Below, in pieces: positions 56,700-64,000 of a DNA stretch of 64,000 bases; positions within the stretch are counted from its first letter, which is position 1; every line of letters begins with the position of its first letter. Under the pieces are notes generated by a model, which did no database searches, was not told where the DNA came from, and worked only from the letters and a program-made list of their open reading frames with translations. This DNA comes from Nageia nagi. Lineage: Eukaryota > Plantae > Pinophyta. The stretch covers positions 7,812,001 through 7,876,000 of the forward strand of contig JBITNC010000002.1 in the NCBI GenBank assembly GCA_050084985.1, read 5' to 3'. The translations under genes and the position numbers were made by a program.

Positions 56700-59600
56700 T
56701 TTAATAGTTTGATTTCTTAATTAGTTAAAGTATATGGAGTATTTATTTTTGTTATTATTTTTTATTTATGGAGGGTTTCTATTAATTCATTATCTATTTT
56801 TATCATGTCATAGTGTTTGTGAGGATATGGATATTTTTATCATCATATATTTTTTGAATAAAAAGTTCTTCACACCTAACTTTCTTGGTTTTGGACCTCA
56901 TCATGATGTTTTTTATTGGTTAGGAATCTTGTATTTTGTGATATATAGGGGTTTCATTGTTGAATTCCCTTTCATTAAACTATTACATCCTAAAGTACTT
57001 TAAGAGCTTTTTTGAAGGTTTCAACTAGTAACTGCTAATGGTACCCATCTAATCATATTGATGTTAGGTGGAGGATAAGGAGGAGAATTAGCTATTTGTA
57101 ATTGATATATCTATTATTTTTCCACCATGTCAGCTAATAAATTTGCATATTCCTAATATCTACCATCATTATGTAGATGATAATAGTAGCATTTGACATA
57201 GGGTCATGGCTATGGGTAGTCATACTATAGGTATGATAGGTCATTATAATTATAACATATGATTCCTTTTCCTTGTTCCCATCCTTGGTTATTATATCTA
57301 CCTTTGTATCCTCCTCTTCCCTAACCATTTTCTTTTCCATTGTAATATTATTTTATTGAATTAATAAAATTCTATGTATTTTTATTATTAGTTAATATCT
57401 AGGCCATTGCAGCCAAATGGACATATGTGATACCTTCATCATTCACAAAGGAAAGAGGGTGGATCATTCAATTTTATGATATAAAGGTTGATATTATTGT
57501 TGGATATCAAAACCTCTATGGTTATTTTGAATATATGATTTGATATCTTCTAAAAAACCTTTCCCTCTATAGTGTTCTATCCAAATTTTTGATGATATGC
57601 AAGTTTGAAAACTAGTACTAAGGATACCAAGCATACCTCTCTATTATTCCATTTCCATTGTGTAGTTTTATGTGGTATGTGTGCCCATCATTCAATAAAT
57701 TTGATAATATTATGAAGTGTATTTCATAAAGATGGGGTATTCATTAGTGATGTGTTTGTTGGTGCATAGATGGTACCAAACTTCTCTTTGCAATATTATT
57801 GTACATTGGCTTGTATAATAGCATTCATCAATGATTGCATAAGCTTCTCAATTTTCCATTCTACTTATTAGCTAACAAAATTTAATCCTTTTAATCACCA
57901 AGGTTGAGATTCAATTTCTAAAATTGTTTGTACTACATCTATGTAACTTGGATATGTTTCCTCCATGGATATTCTTATGTTAGGTTTTAATATAGTGATA
58001 AATGATTTAATTTTCTATTTTTTTATCATGAGTTCTTATAATCATCATTGCATTACTTTTAATATTTTATCAAATTCTTGAATAGTTTACTAATTTCCCT
58101 ATCTAATTTCTCTCATTTTACTAATGTTTTCCATTCTAGCTTCTGCAAAATGATATTCCTCTTCAAAGGCATCATGAATCTTCACTTGCATTCTAGTACC
58201 CTAATTTGATGATATCTTTTTTAATTTCATTAGCCACTATAATACTTCATTTTTAAGTATAGATTTAAAGTCATATATTTTAACATTTTTTGTTGTTAAC
58301 ATATCTTCTAGCTCATTCATTTTTACTATGAGTAAGTTTTCCTTAGCATCTTATGTGCCCTTGTGAAAGATCAGTAACTTGTATGTTGATGCAATATCTA
58401 CCATATTTTATCATGCCTAATGTCATCAAGTCTATGGTCTATCCTTATGTGATTTCCCTCCTCTTTGTTGATGTTTATTCCCTTCCTTAGGTTGGTCTCT
58501 CCTTAAATTAATATCAAAATAATATTCTCCAATTACCTTGAATATGTTCTTAAACTTGATTTTATTATTCTTAAATTCTTATATTATTCTAAGTTGTGTA
58601 TCGATAGTGATTGTTCACCTTTTTAGTAGGTTGTTTCTCAACTTGTCAAAATACATGGAAGGTGGGGAGGGCCCAAAATTGAATGAGGTTACATACTATT
58701 ATTTTATCTTATTCATTAGGTTCTTTCCTCCTTAAGCATCCATAAGTCTATTTTTTGGATTGTTGAAGATAACTTGTTGTACTTGTAGAGTACATAGCAT
58801 CTTTTCCTCTGAACAGGATGGATTCCTAGTGTTTCCAATCTATTTAGTTCTTTTTCTAGTTATTATTTCTATTAGGGGTAACTTACTCTATTCTAACAAT
58901 ATATCTAGGATACTTTGAGTGTTCTCTTATCCTTCTTTTACTCCAACTCCTACATTTACAAGTGTCTCTCCTACTCCTACTCTTACTCCGTATCTATCTT
59001 ATCATCTCAAGTTTATTCAGTTCTATTCTAATATTTGACTCTATCCATATTTATTTATTTTCTTGGTTCTATCTATTCATTATATTTCTTAGTACATGAT
59101 ACTCTAATGGGTTATAATTTCATGGATTCTTCTAACATATCTCTAATTTCTTCAATTAATCCTTCTAAATTTAATATTATCTTATCTTGAGTCTCCTCTA
59201 GGGCATCCTTGGTACTTTTCTCTCAATTTTTGACTTTTTTTCTAATGGGGTACTTACCATTTCATGTCTTTCCCACTCTTATTACCAATTTTCATCCATT
59301 TTATGTCTTGCTCAAATTGGATGTAATTAGTATTAATTATTAGTTAGTTATTTTCCAAGGTACCAAACAGTAGTTCCTCAAGGTTCCTTTCTATTTTTTA
59401 TGATGTTAATACTAATTCCTTTTTTCTCACTTATCCTTCTCCTATGATTGTCCCTATTCTAACATCTTCCTCTAATTTTGAATTTCCTAGTGAATCTTGG
59501 ATTTTTGATGTCCTACCCCCATTGAATTATTCATTTGTTCTAAATCACTACTTTATTTTCTAGTTATTATTTTTCTAATTTGGTCTATTATTTCTAATTT

Positions 59601-60270
59601 TCCCTAGATATCAAATCTAATAGCTAGCAAACTTACAAATTCCCTAAAGAGGTATTGTAAATTTTTAATTATCTCTCTTGCTTTGGTTCATCATCTCCTT
59701 TTTCCTCCAAATCTTCATTTTTAATTATCTCTCTTGCTTTGATTCATCATCTCCTTTTTCCTCCAAATCTTCATTTTTTATTCTTCCTCACTCTTTTCTT
59801 CTTCCTCTTCAATCTATTGATATGACTCATTATCATCTCTTATGTATTTTCTTTCATTTATCATAGGTTCAAACTTTGTGTCATTTTCAAATGCTAATTC
59901 TAACTTCCTCTTCTCTCTCTCCCTCCAACTCTTATCATAAAACATATTTTGACATCTTATTTCATCATTCCTTTATTTCTCTCTTTTCTTATTTTTGGCT
60001 AACTCTTCATTTCTTCTATCCTTTTATCCTTTAATTATGGCTCTAATCTATCAAATCCTAAGTTCCTATTAATATTATACATCTTTTCTTCTATCTCCCA
60101 TAGTACCTCTTTCCTTTATAATCCCATTTTTTAGAACCATTACATTCCCATCTCATTCTAATGCATTTTTATGATCCCCTAATTATCTTTTAACTATTCC
60201 TTATTCTCTTCTGGACATACCTCCCTACCTCCTAATGCTTCCCCCCCTTTTTACGAGTAGGAGAGAACAT
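56700..60270 (-). pseudogene. gag: Heavily decayed gag region of the basal gypsy element
   Basis: Purine-rich coding-like minus strand upstream of pol, with a decayed double Zn-knuckle pattern ICYNYNDLSYL*YDYP*P...KCYYY at about 57150-57260. Confidence 0.55.
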
Positions 60271-60787
60271 CAGGAGTGGCTCCTTGCTTAATTAGATAGG
60301 ATTTACAAATTTTATATAGATATTTGATAAATATTCTCCTTGGTCCTATGAGTAAATCATCTTTACTAGCATTCCAAGATACATGATCCTATAAGCAAAA
60401 CTTGGTAATATAGGTATCTATCATATGTTGGACCCATTTGTTAACTTTTAGAGACTAATGTTTTTTATTTTGAATCAACTGAAGTAATTTTTTATTCTAC
60501 TTAATTTCAAGAATTTGAATTTGGTTAGAAAATTCTAGTTATCTAACAATCCAATTATAAAATAATTATAAGAATTCTACCCAAAAATAATCATCATTTC
60601 GATCACCTGAGATGATATATATTATTTTTATTTTGCTAAATCTTGTTGTTTCTTTCACCCACTTCTCAAACAATTTGATTTGTTTAGAGAACCAATTTTT
60701 GACAAATCTATTTGATAGTTTCAAGAGTTTTCTCTTGAACTCATCTTTTAACATTCCATGGTATTATTTACCTCAATTTTTAGGTAT

Positions 60788-61248
60788 CCTATAAATATAA
60801 TTATTGATTAGGTTTTAATAAAATCATTGCATATCGATTCCTATAATCGAAATGTTAAATTCCTACTAAAAATAAAGCTAAAGTATTAAGATAAAAGGTA
60901 AAGTGATAAACAGTTAATTTTAAAGGTATATTTATTTATAACAAATGAAGATTATAAGGTTTTTAAATCATTATAAATACAAATGATTCCTAGCTTCTAC
61001 TCAGAGTTCTTGCTTATTGTACTTGGTTTCTCTCTTTTATTAACTTTCTTTAATCTTTATATATCATATCTAATGTCGCTTTTGAAGAGATACATTGTTT
61101 ATATCATTATGTTCCTTGACAACTTCCTTAAATTCATTAGGTCTGATTAACCCCTTTAGTTAGTTTCCTTTTTTCACCAGTTTGTTATGTCTCTAGTATT
61201 ATATCACCAAATATGATCAAGGAGGTTGATTTGATAAGTTTTATAACT
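60788..61248. repeat. Old direct repeat (probable 5' LTR segment), partner of 21730-22208
   Basis: See partner. Lies just upstream, in minus orientation, of the decayed gag. Confidence 0.8.
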
Positions 61249-62229
61249 TCTTTTAAAAATTCTCTTCTACTAAAATGAACTATAAAATGAATTGCAAAAT
61301 GAATGAAGTTACCTGTATGGCATACCTAGATTACAAAATGAAATATAGATCTAATAGTGAAGTATGAAGCATCAATCCACCTAATAATGGTCCAATGATG
61401 ATCTTCCCTATCCCAAATAGGTTGTTAAAGGTCCTCTTCTTATGGTTTTGTCACCCATAATCAAGATCACAACTTTGACCATCTATAAGGATTTTAAAAA
61501 ATATATTTGGAATATCAAAAAGTGCATAAAAAATCTTAGGTAAACCAATCACAAGTTTTATAGGTGGTATTGATAAATATCATAAAGTTGTTTAACTGCA
61601 CTATCAAGTCTTAAGAAGGTCCGATATTGGGCTAATATATCTCCTCTCCTTTATATACCTATCAACAAGGAAAGATTAGCAATTAATTTATTATTATAGA
61701 AAAAATCCATATAAATTAATTAAATTGATATTCATTTATGATAACTACATTTATATTTTAAATAATATTATATCAAATTAGGGTTTTTACACTTTACATA
61801 TCATCATTCTTTTGAAAAAATAATTTAATCAATATTGTGATTATTTGAATAAAATTGTTTAAAAACTTGAATTCTCATACATTAACATGTTTGAATTAAT
61901 TTAAAAAATTTATAACACATCAACATAAAAATCATACATCCAAAAAATTAGGAAATTACTTTTTGAATAAAAAACAATGTTAAAATAAATAATCCTTTCT
62001 ATTTATCAAAAACTACAAATTCAATAGACTAATGAAATGAAGATGCTAAAATTAAGATTCTACTAGAATAGTATTAACTTTTTATTTAATATAATATATA
62101 TATTTCTTGAGAAATGTAATGTTAAACTACTAGATACATATAAAATCAAACCCATTAATACATCTCATTATATTTCCATCAATATTCTATAAAATAGAGA
62201 CTTTTACTTAAAAAGAGGGTATCTCCATA

Positions 62230-63010
62230 ATACAAACACAACCTCTAAAATAGTAATTGAAAATTATATAGGCTAGATTAGATGTCCCTTTTGAATTAAT
62301 ATTTTTTGTATGTAGAATTTACAAGCATGTTATCACAAAATTCAAAACTAATCAAGTATTGTTAAAGGAAACTAGTTGCAATATTAGAGTCAAACAAGGT
62401 TATCCATTATCCTCAATTTGTTTTGGTACTTACACCTATTAATTAGAAAAATATTTTGAATAAGTTGGGTTTGAAGATACCAACCATTATGATCTCATTA
62501 TGGTTATGTAAAATAATTATATATCCTTCAAATATTTTGTAATCTATCTCATTTAATCATTTATGTAGATAAAACTAAAATTATGATAATTACTTTGGAA
62601 AGATGGTTCACCCCACAATCCTCTTTAATAATCAACCCTTGAAGATATTTCACTATTACAAATACTTAGGTATCTATATAAATCATAAACTAAATTAGAA
62701 TTAAAATATTTAAAAAATAATTCTTGTTGGATGGAAAGCCTTCTATGGTTCAAAAAATAAGTGAAAAAGAACTTTGGAATTGGGATAAAAATAAATCTCT
62801 TTTTTCTTGCCTTGTAACTAAAGTAATTATTTATGGTTGTAAAGAATGGGTTGCAAGTATTTCTCAATAAACGTATAATAAAACTAATTAAATTTAAAAA
62901 TAATTTTTACTTTATAACTTCAAAACTATAAATAATACATATTACCATATCTTTCTCATGGAACTTGATGTACTTCCTATTGAGAGTGAAGCTTTCAAAT
63001 TACAATTATA
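62230..63010 (+). mobile_element. Decayed non-LTR retrotransposon (LINE, RTE-like) reverse transcriptase fragment
   Basis: IRVKQGYPLSSICFG (about 62383-62428; cf. GVKQGCPLSP), DKTKIM, FNNQPLKIFHYYKYLGI, GWKAFY, VIIYGCKEW and IFLMELDVLPIE occur in the expected order. Confidence 0.72.
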
Positions 63011-64000
63011 GATTAACAAAGTTAGATCAACTTAGATTGCATGTAGTTATATATTAAACTTATCTAAGTCATTAAAATCTCAAAAAATATTGGCAAAAAG
63101 ACTTTTATAAGTGGCTTTATTTTTGGGGTCTACACAATAGCATAACCCCTTTAATAGAGACAAACTATAAGTTCAAATTATAAGTAACATAACTCAAATA
63201 TTTTTGAGTGATGATGACATAAAAGATAAAATAGAAATACCATACTATAAAAATATCATTGATCCAAAATTAGGATAGTCATTGTATCCACCTAGGATTA
63301 TTAATTTCTAAAATAAACTTATGATCGCTAAATTAACTAATTGAGATAAACTACATAATGAAATTGGTAGATGGATAACACCTAAAATACCTTGGGATTA
63401 AAAAAAATTTAATTTCTAAACCTAAATACCATATAATATGAGACTCCTTTTCTTAAACTAAGATAACCAAAACAAGCCTATCAATTTTATTATACAAGTT
63501 AATAATGTGAGAAATCATCATTCAAATACTTAATTGATATATACTTATTTCTAGTTAAATTGATAGATCCTACAAACCAATAGAGTTAAATTGATATGAA
63601 AAGGCTTATCTATCTATCTATATTTTTTATTTATTTCTAACTTTGATCAAAGAACTACTATTTATTATTGTTTAAATGAAAATTTAATTTTATGAGTGTC
63701 TGTATAACCAACTCTATAGTACTTTCGATTAATATCATATTTTTTTATTATATTGAATACATATTAATTTTTTTATTAGTAACAAATAATTAAATTGTAC
63801 TTAAATAAACTATAATAAATCCTAATGAATTTATAGTCTAATCCAATAGCAATTGAGTGGGAAGCAATATAAGACATTAAATCCAAAATTATTTTTGCTT
63901 TTGGCCAATGATGATCAAGTGAATATTAAATCATTTTTTATATTTTGAAAGTTTAGTTTGAATTTTAGAAAAATAAGAAATTTAGTACATATTATCCTTC

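Larger units (their letters stand above)
21730..61248 (-). mobile_element. Ancient non-chromovirus Ty3/gypsy element forming the base of the nest (interrupted by elements A-D)
   Basis: Flanked by the diverged direct repeats. Decayed gag and pol on minus at about 52.3-60.3 kb. Decayed coding-like sequence continues across the insertions. TSD, PBS and PPT not recognisable, so the boundaries are inferred. Confidence 0.6.

Overview
AT-rich, strongly CpG-depleted eukaryotic DNA. By inference it is a land-plant nuclear genome with a gymnosperm-like style (PLS-class PPR fragments, plant tRNA-Asn and tRNA-iMet primer sites, old nested retroelements). Most of the window is LTR retrotransposons. (1) A fairly young 13-kb Ty3/gypsy Tat/Ogre-like element on the minus strand (3005-15987) with paired 1-kb LTRs, a tRNA-Asn PBS, a PPT and a TSD. 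It encodes only a decayed gag-protease, carries an antisense PPR gene fragment in its 5' leader and has an unexplained repeated module in its 3' region. (2) A nest over about 21.7-61.2 kb. An ancient minus-strand gypsy element contains element A (24088-43559) and a 5'-truncated chromovirus (47361-49820). The 5' LTR of element A itself contains two copia-type elements, B (24436-33581) and C (34711-38482). (3) A decayed LINE RT near 62.2-63 kb. A CpG-retaining island at 19.6-20.4 kb holds two candidate minus-strand exons of an unidentified host gene, so the nest may lie in a giant intron. No intact protein-coding gene, RNA gene or CRISPR array is evident, and most ORFs in the track are spurious or TE debris. 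All alignments and identities were done by eye.
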